A program made the position numbers and the translations under genes. This document shows positions 1-11,756 of a stretch of DNA of 64,000 nucleotides, one piece after another. Position 1 is the stretch's first letter, and every line of letters starts with the position of its first letter. The stretch lies in NCBI GenBank assembly GCA_026914245.1, contig CP110439.1, forward strand, positions 3,658,001 through 3,722,000. Reading direction: 5' to 3'. The DNA is from Puccinia triticina. Its lineage: Eukaryota. The notes under the pieces are model-generated. The model worked only from the letters and a program-made list of their open reading frames with translations. It was not told the DNA's origin and did no database searches.

Positions 1-2424
1 GAGATTCTAGAAGGAAATCCTTGGCAACAAAGTGGTCTTCCCGTCCGCGAGGTGATACCAGTAAGGTTTGCCGAATCAATTTGGCCATTCAGGGAGGCAA
101 AATCACTGTGACTAGCAATATGAGTTTGGGGAGATATGCCGAGTAGTGTGTAAGACCTGGAAGCGATTGGGTCATCAATGACCACATCTTCCATATGTTG
201 ATCAGGCGGCCAACATCTCCGGCTTTCATTGATCGTCTCGCCTCAATCACGGTGGAGAAGTCTCGCATCCGATTTAGGAGGTTGAATAGCTGGGGGGATG
301 ATTTTGCCCGGCGGCGTGCGTCATGCGTACAAAAACGAAGATAACATTGTTCGACCACTTCGTTCCATTTGGCGGTGGGAATCACAGACAGTTCTTCATT
401 GATCACTTCGTCGTGCTTACCCATGACCTCCCTGTCCAAAATAAACTGAGCACCAGGAAGACCCAACGTTAAATGCACAGAAATAATGACTAACCTAAGA
501 CAGTACCAAATAGTGGCTTCGTGAACTTGCTCCATGTAGTTGAGCATCTTTGTAAAATCCTTCTTTTGGATCACTTTCTCAGGGGGAATCCCCAGAGCCT
601 CAAGATAATGCCACACGCCCAAGTCGTCCATGGCATTTGAGTTGCCAAAATGATGAGTAAGGATTGTGTGAGCTATATTCCATAACGTATGAGCAGCACC
701 CAGCGACATTGAAATGTTGTTCAGGCTATGTTCACAGTGCTCACTTGGGATACGAAGCATCCTGATTGCGTTGAATATTTGACATGTCCCAAGGTCGGCG
801 TCCATGAGTTGCAATCGACCAAAGAACTCTTTGGGTTCAAGGCCAGATTGTCGTTGGAGGGCCTCCATAACTTGTCCAATCCCTTTGGCTGAGTTATTGG
901 ATTCGTCCATGAGTCTCAGCATTTGTATGTTGGGATTTTTAGGGCTGATTGGCTCGATAGATGGGGGGTTTAAAGGTAGCATAGACCTTTTGTCAGACGG
1001 GGTTGCCACATACTTATGCATAACCTGAGCAATTTGGCTTTTCCACACATGCGTGTAGTCGTCAGCTGGGGAAGATGTTGGCAGAAACATCTGGGGGTTG
1101 ATATCCAAGGAGGCGACGTTTTGGAGTGCGTGATGAAATGTGTCTAGGGTGAGTTTGTCAGGGTTCAGAGACTTTAAGAGATCATCATCGGGGATGTGGA
1201 GGTACCCCCATGTCCCATGGAATGTACGGGTTTGCTTTCCAACACTTGCAATTTGGATCCGTTCTTCCATGTCCAAGTTGTCAATACACAAGATGGGAGC
1301 CAAACTGTTGGATAAGGCCATTGAATTTTCTACCCAATCCATTGCCTTGCTAGAAAGTGATTTTAATGCTTCAATGGCCGTTTTTCGGTGGGATGTCAAT
1401 CCCATGTAGTGTAAGTACTCGTTGACTGTCTCCGATACACCACATGCATAGAACCAAATACAATTCTCGAGTTGGAGGCCATTATAGCGCCGATTGAGGG
1501 TAAACTTCACCATAGAACAGATGACCGAGGCAATCTGATTTGATTACTCGTGAGTAAACTGGATTCATCACAAGATTCTAACGATGACGGGCAACAGACA
1601 AGAGTGCTTACATGACTATGTTGTAGCTCTTTCCCTTGTGGACTTGTATTGGGTGGCAAGTACTCAAATCCACTATACTCTGCTAACCCAGCCTCCACGA
1701 AATCCTGATTTGAAGTCTTGTCAGCTGGAGCTACAATGTCTTGAGTCTCTTTTTCTGTAGTCTTATTAGATGTGTTGTCTGGAGTCTTCTTAGTTGCGCT
1801 GGCTGGAGTCTTTTTAGTCGCGTTGTCTGTGGTCTTTGCAGTCGCAATGCCTGTGGTCTTTTCTTTGCAAATCTTCTTTTTAGGAGGAGGCCCGGGTTTG
1901 TTAGCAGGCTTGCCATTCTTATCTTCTTGGTCGGGTGACAAAATGCCTTGGATGATGTTGTAGAGCATAGGGGTGTCGACCGTTGTCAATTTTTGCATTT
2001 GTGCCTTCTTAGCCTCGGGTCCAAAAAAGTCATGGGTCACTGAGTGTGAGCTTTGGAAAGATCCCGCAGTGTCCCTAGTGAGTTCCAAGCGACACAGTTT
2101 TATAGCCTGTGGTTTGCATTAGTAATTATGCTTTCCAAATGAAGTAGCATCTAATTTGAGAGTTGTGCGGACCTCTACCTGAATAAGTTTCTTCCAACCC
2201 TCACAATCAGAGTCTTTCTTATGAAAGATTTTGGCTATTTCTGCAACCAATTCAACTGTTGATGGAGCACCATATGTTCCCCAGGTACGTCGACGGTATA
2301 TGAAAGTAGCGTGTTTTGTTTTGAGTAGGCCTGTGATAAATTCTTTCGGGGACATCTGCAATTTTGTTAGGTGGTCACAAACTTCAATAAGTTTTTGTTC
2401 ATCTGAGAGAGTTGTGCCAGGCAT
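1..2424 (-). pseudogene. DUF6589-type transposon-associated protein, multi-exon, with a premature stop; runs off the window start
   Basis: ORFs 2119-2424, 1507-2088 and 89-1513 can be joined by GT-AG introns (~2107-2172, ~1535-1611, ~434-495). Motifs CIDNLD, TFHGTWGY and GAAHTLWN resemble the DUF6589 family. TGA at 89-91 is followed in frame by MAKLIRQTLLVSPRGREDHFVAKDFLLE, so the stop looks premature. Confidence 0.65.
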
Positions 2425-2679
2425 GGTGTCTCAAGCCACATCTTGTGAAGGCATCTTGTTTGGAAGAGTGTTGGATGGAAAAACCGCAAAAGAGGCAAGG
2501 TGAAGGAGCAACTTGGAACTGGCCGTGTTACACGGAGCAGAGGGACTGATAAAGTGGTGATGTTCGGTGATGTAAACTCAGAAGGTTTCAAATCTAGTAT
2601 TTTGATAATATGCACTTTGGCATGTGTATTCAGCGCACATGTACTTCCCGCATATGTACGTATGTATGATCAATCCAAA

Positions 2680-2975
2680 AATCTTGGAGACATGATGTTA
2701 CAAGCTTTGTAGCTTCAAGACCGCGTGTGCTAAAATAAAATGGTCTATGTACATTTGAAGGCCATATGCAGGGCTCTCATTTGACTCCTGGGCGGCCCAT
2801 TTGGTGCACAGGATGCCGTGGTGGTGTGGTGTCAAAGTTTGACACCAGCCAAATGGGTTGAGGCGGTACTCAGCGTTCACGCCAATATTCCCCGCTTACT
2901 CCCAAGTCCCTCCTTCGGAGGCTCGCGCTTCGCGCGAGGGGCGCCCGCCTGCCAACTCAGAAGGCAGGGGCTGAT
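2680..2975. repeat. Dispersed TE-end-like repeat, homologous in reverse orientation to 32221-32810
   Basis: Shares tggtgtcaaa(g/a)tttgacacca, ccaaatgggttgagg and gcctgccaactcagaagg with the reverse complement of 32221-32470. Homology resumes after the solo LTR at 32471-32776. Confidence 0.8.
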
Positions 2976-3127
2976 TAAGTTCGCGGCTCCGACCACTCAA
3001 ACACGCCCTCCCCATTGACATACGTGCAACCCAATCAATACCGTCTAACCCTTTGCTCATTTCCCCCGAGCCGGCCAGACCCTTCCAGCCTCACCTCGGC
3101 CCTCGCAGCGAGCCCTCAAGACCACCT

Positions 3128-3888
3128 ATGATCCTCCACATCCGCTCCAAATATACCGCCGTCGGCCGGAAGGAAATCGTCCACTTCTTCTACTTCTATG
3201 CCGTCGTCACCCTCTCCTCCTTCTTCCTCGACAGCGGACTCATTCCCTCTAGCTCTAAAATCTACCCCGTTCGTCTCCTCCCCCCGCTTTCACCCAAACC
3301 CGTGGCAAAAAAATAACTGACCTTGTTTTCCCCCAGTATTTTCCCGCATTCGAGACCGGCATGCTCTCGGCTACCTTCTGGTGTCTGCCAGTCAACGGTT
3401 TCTTTGGCTTCCAATTTGCCGAAGACGGCACACCCCTAAGCTTATGGGTCAGTGGTCTCCCAATAGAGAGAGAGCAGCCAAAGCACGAGACTGACAGTTT
3501 GACCTTGAATCTGTGAATGGATGAGACAGTCGCTACGAGGGAGCTGTTTGGCGGTGTTCAGTCCGACGTTTTTTGGCGGGATAGCGAGGTTCAACTCGCT
3601 GCCCTCCTTCTCGCCCTCCCAGCCAACGGCGCTGTGGATCATCATGTACATCTTCAACGGGGCCTGCGTAGCCATCTACGTGATCCACCAGGTCTTGCTC
3701 GTCGTCCGCACCCTCGATGACCGCTGGCCGATCGGCGACATCCTCTTCGGCCTCGGCTTCTTCGTTGTTGGCCTCGTGCTCATCTACGGCTTCAGTCTCA
3801 CCATCTGCTCGGCCATCACCCACTACGTCGACGGCCTGTTCTTCTCCCAGCTCTGCTTCCTCCTCGCCGTCATGATGGTCTACAAATA
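3128..3888 (+). pseudogene. CHS7: Fragment of chitin synthase export chaperone Chs7, truncated at both ends, introns retained
   Basis: Exons read [17 protein letters not shown]..., YFPAFETG...[14 protein letters not shown] and ...LDDRWPIGDI...HYVDGLFF...LLAVMMVYK. Introns at 3269-3336 and 3448-3529; a third intron starting ~3889 is cut off. Confidence 0.85.
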
Positions 3889-3942
3889 GTCCGTCCTCCC
3901 TATTCCCCCGTTCCCCCCGTCCCAACCACTGACTTGCCCTTT

Positions 3943-4545
3943 TTTTCGCCGAATGGCCGATTTGTGACGGTATGTGGAGATGGCGAGTATACCATCTATA
4001 CAGCTCTAGCGAGGCGAAACAAGTCATTTGGCACCAGTATCAGCTTCGCTTGGGCAGCAGATTCAAATGCGTATGATTTCAGAGAAACTGCCCTGAAATT
4101 GAAGGTTTTCCACAACTTACAATATTGATCTTATCACGAAGGGCTATCCCATGGAAGTCCGTTTGGGGGAGCGCTGTTGTGTTTCAAAGGTAGTGGAATC
4201 GTGTGCTTTCACGATTGGGGAACGGGATCACTGGTTCAAAGGATTGAAGTCGAAGCTCGAGATGTTTTTTGTTCAGCATCGGGAGAACATGTGGCGATTG
4301 CCAGCGAAGAATTGCTTGGCATTCTAAGGTTTAATCAACAAGCATACTCGGAATTTCTGGCCAAACGCGGTGAACTAGGAGACAACGGGGTGGAGGCAGC
4401 GATTGACCTTTTGCACGAACTGCCTGAAGTTGTCCAGACCCAACAATGGGTTGGAGATTGTTTGATATTCCAGCTGGGTGTCCCAGAAGAGTGTGTAGAT
4501 ACTCTCCTATCAACTGAACGCATACCAGAAGCCTTAGTGCACTGT
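3943..4545 (+). pseudogene. SEC27: Internal fragment of coatomer beta-prime subunit
   Basis: SPNGRFVTVCGDGEYTIYTALARRNKSFG and WVGDCLIF, then a jump to QLG..ECVDTLLSTERIPEA consistent with an internal deletion. In-frame stop at 4126-4128. Confidence 0.85.
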
Positions 4546-5336
4546 TTCGCTGACTGATTTCGACGGTGGCTGTTTCCTCGCTTTCTCAATAGATTGGCTG
4601 ATGGTTTGCTCCTTACAGTCACTCATCTTTGGTGACTTAACCAATCATCAATCATCGCACGCTCAAGCAGATAATATGTATCCAAATACCGAACTCATGC
4701 TAGCTTAACTAATTAGCCTCTTGAACAGAGGGTCTCATAGGGACCCCTTGTCCCCGCAAGACGCTCGCCAGACTACGGTGGCTTCTCAAACAATATGGAT
4801 AACCTCATCCTCAGAGAAATCCACGTCCTCAGCGAACAGGAATGGGTTATCTAATGGGATTACTGTCCGTCGCCGCAACACCATGTGCCGGGTCGACCAG
4901 GCCCGCCGCGCCGCCAAGCCCCACGCACTCGTCTCCAATAAGATACTCTCAGGCTGCACGCTTTTACAAAACTTACTAATTTACAAGTGATGAAGATACT
5001 TTGATTTGGTCTCTGACATTTTGTGTTGATCTGTCTCTGAAGTTTTGTGTGGATTTCTGTAATCCAAAGCATGAAATTGAATTCAATTGAGATGAGAAGT
5101 GTGGTTTAAATTATCTTACAAGGATCATATTGTGCAATTAATCAAAGTTCAGGAATCCAGTATTGCTGACTGAGGCAACATTCTTGACATAAAAATGGAA
5201 AGTGAGATTTTGGAGGCCACAATTATTTGAGTTGAATCCTGGAACTGCAGTCTGAAGGCACATAATTTTCTCAGGGTACCAGCCTTTTGTTGAAGAAACT
5301 GTTTGGGGTAGGTTTTGATGTGAGGCTGTTTCCCCT

Positions 5337-5364
5337 GCAGCGGCGTAGCCGCCTTGGCCTCTAG
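5337..5364 (+). mobile_element. Helitron 3' terminus
   Basis: Hairpin gcggcgtagccgc, then ctag followed by T. Identical 28-mer at 61283-61310. Confidence 0.8.
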
Positions 5365-7394
5365 TTAAATATTTAACAGTGAATTTTTGGTGTGTCTTAT
5401 CTAAAATTAAATTCCTCTCTAACAGTTCTTTTGGACTAAATCTTCATTACTCTCCATTTCAGTTTTCCAGTATGCATTCCCCAGGTTGGTTCTGCTTGAC
5501 ATGTTAAGTGGATAATCTTGGCTATCAATTTCAATCTTATCATGTTATTCTTACTCAAACTTCTGTTTCTCTCTGGACTGCTTTTATATTGAATCATCAT
5601 ATCTTTGATTGTTTCACGAATGATGTGCGGAGTAGTTTTTTGAAATATTTGCTATCAATTGAATTCACATGATTTTCCATGCCAGTTTTCCCACCGGCAG
5701 ATGCTATATTGGGTCTGCTTGAAATATTGAGTCAATGGCCTGCAAGCAATCAGCTCTGCAAGAATTTCAAGAGCCTCAACTGTAGTTTTCTTTGGCCAAA
5801 ATCCAAACCTTGAGAAATTGAACATGTGAAGGAGCCTTTCCAAAACAACACCAAAGATTGCACGTTTTTTCAGGAGCTTGGTAGAAAGAACAAACAAAAG
5901 AGGTGCAAGCAAAAAGATTACCATCAGGTTGCAAACATTCAGCATGCTTTATTACTCAAGGGAATTCAAGAAGAACAAAAGATCACCTTGGTTAACAAGG
6001 TATCCCCATGATATTTTTTGCTTGCAAGGTGAAGGTCTGATTCTTCAAGGTCAGCTGTTACGTGAACAGATCATAGCAAAAATATCACAAGGCTTAGATC
6101 TAATTGGGCAAAATGTTTCAAGGATGATAATAAGGCGACTGAAAACTTGGCACCAAAATCCATGCAAGGAAACAAGCTGTGATTCATTTTCAAAAAGCAA
6201 CCTGCCAGAAGTGATCTAGTTCAGCATTTTTGAGATTTTCAAGGTTTGAATCAACATAGGGCATGACTTGTCTCTGAAAACCTATAAGAAGAAGAACCGT
6301 ATAAGTCATGATGTTCACTTGGATTTGAGGAAATAATTTATCTAAGACTCAAAAATCTGGTTGTGATTGATTTATATGTTAGGTAGAAGAGGGAGTTTAC
6401 GTGCAAGTTGATTTCAAATTCCAATTTTTCCTTTGATTGTGTCTGGCGGAATGGGGTTGTTGAATGGTGATGATGTTTCAAGATAGTATCTTTTATTATC
6501 TGGCTGGTAGTGGCTGAGCCCATGTTCAAATTGAAGCAGACCATTTGAAAAATTTCAATAGTTAAGTTCCAAAGAGTAGTTATTTGAGAATGATGTAGAA
6601 TTTGTGAATTTGTGTATTTCCAATCCCCAATTCAACCCATTTGAAATTATCTGGGATGTGAGATTCCTCTTCTAATTTATTGGCAGAAATCAGCCTTGGA
6701 TATGAGGTGGAGTGGCTGTACCATTGGCTGGCTGATTGTTGAAATGAAATTGTATAAAATTACACCCTTGGAAACTGGTGGCGTAGCCACCTTGGAATAT
6801 AGTTGCGAATTGTATTTGTGCTCTGTAAATGGCTCCCTGAAGTAAATTTTCCAAATTTTCTTTTTTTTGGTAGGGATTTAAGGGCAAGCCATGCACGAGT
6901 GAATTGGGGCATGTTGAATCACCCTGAATTCCAACTTCCACTGCACATGGAGATTTCTGAAGGAGAATGTGGATCAATTCAATTCAGAATGAGAATTCAC
7001 GATTTTCAAGATACTGAAGGCCTAAATTTGGAATCCTTAAGTTGTTGTGTAGTGAATTAGATGCCAAGTTTATAAAAGAACTGTCTTTCTGGAAGGATCA
7101 CATTTTGTTCACATTTTTTCTGGTTTACTGCACCATTTTTGTCTCCCTGTTTCAAGAAAGATTTTTAAATAAATAAAAAAGTAACATTCTGATTTACAAT
7201 CAACATTGATCCAAATATTTGATTCTAAACTACTGTTGATTGGTCTGGAATTTGGTAATTTCTGTCTTCCCAAGTTGTGTTACTGTTTTTTTCCTCTTCA
7301 TACTTATTTCTATTTTAAAAATAGAGTGATTGAATTCATTTTTGAATTAAATTTTTGGCTTCTTTTGGTTTTGAATCTTCTGAGTTGAATTGGT

Positions 7395-8510
7395 CTCAAT
7401 GACCAGTCTGTACCGGTCATTGAGGGGGGAGCACTTGGTCATTGAGTGGGGTACACATGTACTCCACTTGATAGCCATTGAGTGGCATTAAACCCCAGTA
7501 TGCCGCTCGATGGCTGGTCATTGAGTGGCCTGCGCAGGACTCAATGGCTGGTCATCATTTGTGGAGTACACACCCCAGTTGATGGCCTGTCATTGGGTGG
7601 GATACATACTCCGCTTGATTGCCATTCATCGAGCAGAGTGTGTACTCCACCCAGTGGTTGGCCATTGATTGGAGTGTTCTGAGATGCGTAGTGCCCCCCG
7701 GTGATCCCCGTTGTCACACAAACGTACGGGCGTACGTTGGTGTGACACGCAGGAGTTGCACACCTCCCCTTGATGACCGGTCTTTACCGGTCATCAAGAG
7801 GTGGAAGTCGCCTTGATGACCAGCCAGTGCCGGTCATTGAGGGGAGGTGTTACTCCTCTCGATGACCGGTCTGTACTGGTCATCGAGAGGTGGAAGTCCC
7901 CTCGATGACCGGCACAGACTGGTCATTGAGGGGAGGTTTTACTCCTCTCGATGACCTGGACAGATCGGTCATCAAGGGGAGAGAGGAGTAACACCTCCTC
8001 CTGATGACCGGTCTGTACCGGTCAGCGGAGCTGTTATTCCTCTCGATGACCGGTACAGACCGGTCATTGAGGGGAGATGTACTCCACTTGATGACCCGTA
8101 CAGACCGGTCATCGGGGGGAATTACTCCTCTCGATGAACGGTACAGACCGGTCATCGAGGGGACTTCCACCTCTCGATGAGCGGAACCTACCAGTCATCG
8201 AGGGGACTTCCACCTCTCAATGACCGGTACAGACCGGTCATCGAGAGGAGTAACACCTCCCCTCGATGACCGGCACTGACTGGTCATCAAGGGGACTTCC
8301 ACCTCTTGATGACCGGTACAGACCGGTCATCGAGAGGTGTGAGTCCCCTCGATGACCGGTACAGACCGATCATCGAGAGGTGGTGAGTCCCATCAATGAG
8401 CGGTCTGTACCGGTCATTTGGGGGAATCACACCTCTCAATGACCGGTGTGTAAGGTCATTAAGAGGAGTATTTCCCCCGATGACTGGCACGGACCAGTCA
8501 TCAAGAGGAG
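7395..8510. repeat. Array of ~40-45-bp palindromic units (ctcctctcgatgaccggt-acag-accggtcatcgagaggag)
   Basis: Many degenerate copies are visible directly. The same unit fills the CACTG element at 24674-25504. Confidence 0.85.
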
Positions 8511-8548
8511 ATGTGGATTATGTGGATCCACTCAAATTGAGATCCTTT

Positions 8549-8564
8549 TTTTGCACCCGTGGTG
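8549..8564. mobile_element. Orphan right terminus of the CACC(A/C)CGG TIR family
   Basis: ttttgcacccgtggtg followed by TA; reverse complement of the terminus caccacgggtgca at 63668. Confidence 0.55.
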
Positions 8565-9549
8565 TACCTGTGATCAAGAGGTGTCAGCTGGCATCCAGTG
8601 GGGTGTGTACATAGCCCACGGGATGGCCAGACAGGGTGTGTAGTATGTATACCCTGCTTGACTGGGGTTCAAGTGTATGTACTCCAGCTCTGCACTCCCC
8701 TTTTGGGGCGGAGAAATATCATGAATGGACTGGGGATATGCACTCCAATCTTATGGAGTGAGACTCACGGGCACTCATTACATTTGCCGGCCACTGGAGT
8801 TCTTCATGGTGCACTCGAAAGACTGAGTCCCCGGTTCTGCACTCTAGCCAACTTGGAGTATTCCACTTTGTACTCCAACAATTGTTGAAGTGCACACTCC
8901 ATACACTCATTTTTGGAGTGCTTTTGGGATTTTTTTGGAGTGCATTTAGGCTGACCAAAAAAATTAAAAACATGCATCAGAGCAATCTACAGGGTATGGG
9001 TATACACAGAGGTAAAAAATCAGGTCAAAACATCCATATATTTGGTCAACATCGTGGATTCAGTCCACCTGATCATGGTTGGGCTTAGTTGTAGTATAGG
9101 AATGGTGTATGTTCTACATGTACCTTCCACAATACATCTCATATAATTCCAGTTAGCATCCGGTTAGATTGCACCTGACATTAACCATTCTTTGAACCAA
9201 GATCAGACCAACATCAAACCAACTTTGAACCAGTATCTAACCAGCATTGGACCAAATGTCGGCATGAATTGTGCGAAGGCACTTGCAAACAGGTGCTGAG
9301 CAAACGTCCATGGTGTGATTGTGTCTTGAAGGGGTTGTAGCTTCTGATCCAGAGGGGTGTAAGGTGTGTTGTCCATGGTGTCATGTGTAGTTTTGGTTGT
9401 AGAATCCAGTGGTGCCACTGTATTGGGTGATTTATGAGTGTACACATGAGAAAAAAGGAAATTTTGAAATGGGCTAGATGGGTAAACATAAAGCATACCA
9501 CAGCGGCATGCCTCTCTGCCAAGCAGCCAATCCCTTTGAGTCTCCCTAT

Positions 9550-9845
9550 AGCTTAGATGTAGCTCCTTGATAAATCAATTGGCATCAGTTCATTGCATGC
9601 TGAAGTAACATCTATTTTTTACTCACAGGATCTTCAATCCTCTCTGCCCCAACTGTGGGGCCAGCCGCCAGGGAGATGGTATACAGTGGTATACCCCTTC
9701 ATGAAATTCTACCTGCATGCAAGAAGACAACAAGTGAGTCTTTGACAACTCAAGATCAACTTGACAAGTTCCTTGGCAATTGGAAATCGGAGATAGCATT
9801 GTTCTGTTTTCTGCTTGACACAAACTTATTCCCCAAGTTTCTCTT
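9550..9845 (+). mobile_element. Degenerate 3' remnant of a non-LTR (Tad1-like) retrotransposon
   Basis: Frameshifted translation SSLINQLAS.HC.LK*HL...PLCPNCG...ALFCFLLDTNLFPK resembles the C-terminal Cys-rich region of a fungal LINE ORF2. Confidence 0.45.
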
Positions 9846-10845
9846 GTGATGAACGCCTGGAGCAGCAGAACACATTTAGGGATTTTGTGGAAGGATGAGT
9901 GTCATTGCATCAGCAAAACAAAGGAAAGAGGAAAATGAGAAAAACAAGAGAGAGAAAGAAACTCACCTGGAGCCGCAGAACACAGCGTGGAAGTTTGTGG
10001 AAGGATGAGGAATAGCCTTCCACATCTGCAGCTCCAGGTGACAACTAAAAGATTTCACAATACTAAGAGAAATTTATTGCGCATAAGAGATTGGTCTATC
10101 TGTCAATCACAGAGACGAGAGAAATAAAGAAAACAATCTGTTACCTAAGAGCGGATTGCTAGCCGACTCTGGTAGCGCAATAAGATAAAGAAATAGAAAA
10201 GGTTTTGACTGCTAAGCAGCTGGAGTCGCACAGATGCGATGAGGACGGATGACGTCTAGGAGAGGCAACTGCGCTTGTCGTCAGTGCTAAGGCTTCCAGC
10301 TAAGGAGCTACTAGAGTAGAGAAAAGTTCTCTTACTTTGACTTGGTAGGTGGAGCGCTTAACACTTGCCTAACCAAGCTGCAAGGCTTTGCGCACTGCTT
10401 GTGTCTGCGGAGTATAAAATCCTGCAGTTAGCATCTATGTGCTGTTTATAAGGCACTGCAGCTCAGGACTCACCTTCTCTCAATGGGTTGGTGATCCTTT
10501 CGCTGAGGCTGAGACCCGATGGTTTTAGAAGGGCGTCGGATTTTGGCGTGCTGTATTCAGGAAACGAATCCTGTCAGCATCGCAGTCCTAGCTATGACGT
10601 TCCCAGCTCTCCTACTTAGCTTGAAGGTATTTGGGCCGGCTTGGGTTGCTTGGGCACTTCGTCTGATGTCGACGTGGCTAATAGAAGAGGAACAGGGTTT
10701 CAGCTCTTGCTTACTCCTCCTGTCTGGGAGCCACATGCATATGCATGGGCCTAGAGAATGCGCGGACTCACCACTCCCCCTTGCGGGGTTAGGGTTTCTT
10801 TCCTTGCGCTTTGCTTGGTTTTGGGCAAGCCCTGAGTCTTGACAA
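9846..10845. repeat. LTR-like dispersed repeat, boundaries uncertain
   Basis: The unit cctggagc(a/c)gcagaacac...tttgtggaaggatgag occurs twice (9856, 9966) and a related pair lies at ~43010-43215. No TSD found. Confidence 0.35.
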
Positions 10846-11756
10846 CGACAACACAAGATGTGATATGTGCTAGACATGTGGTTTGAGGCAGAAGCAGAGA
10901 AGAAAACAAAACAACAGTATCTACCCCAATAATGTCTTTTTTCTCAAGCAGATGCTATCATTTTATCTCAATTTCTTTCCATGTCACTAGCACTTTAGGT
11001 AGGTGTGTTTCTTTATTTTCACAAAGATGCTAGATCATTTGCATCTGTTCACTTAATGTCCAGGTCAAGTAAGCCCAGGTTTGCGGGTAGGTTAGCTGAC
11101 CAAGGTATTTTGAGTGGGCAGAAACATTTGTTGGTTCAGCTTCAGGCTAATAGATGTCAGAAATGCCCTAGCCTGAGGCTAAATCTCAGGTTTGGCTAGC
11201 TAAATTTAGCAAGCCTGAGGTTTGTTGAGGGTTAGCCCAGACCAATGTGATTGCTGGCCAGGTTAAGTTCCCCAAAATTGTCAACTTAACCCAAAAAGTG
11301 CAAATGCTTGCACAGATTCACAGTGTGAGGCCCAATTTCACTTCCAAAAATGAAGCAGTACAATGAGTAGTAGCCAATGGGAGTCTTTGACAGGTTGAGC
11401 TGTAGAGAGACCAAAAAAATTTAACCCCTGGGGGCTCAGAAATTCCCCAACAACCCCGCAGGGTGATGGAAGCATTTGGTAATAGTTTGCAACCAGCAAT
11501 TTGATTATCCTCAGTATACACTTCACTGGATTAATCACTTGCCCGAGCACAAAGATAGTGGGGCACACGATGCAGGGTTTATATAGCTTTTGAGGTACTG
11601 CGAGGGTTCGAATCCCCGTCTCGCCGCTTTCAAGTTTCTGCGACCCCAACCACGGCACAACCTTCTGGAGGTGATCAGACCATCCTGGCCCAGTTATTGG
11701 CATTCAGAAACCGGACGAATAATATCATCACCCTCAACGTATCGCTTACCGGTCTA

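Noticed and set aside
5430..7060. Possible decayed coding region on the minus strand
   Set aside because: Many stops and no motif I could recognise.
7395..8510. CRISPR-like regularly spaced palindromes
   Set aside because: Linkers are short and mutually similar rather than unique spacers, there are no cas genes, the context is eukaryotic, and the unit is shared with a MITE.
11590..11630. ggttcgaatccc T-loop-like motif
   Set aside because: No cloverleaf could be folded around it.
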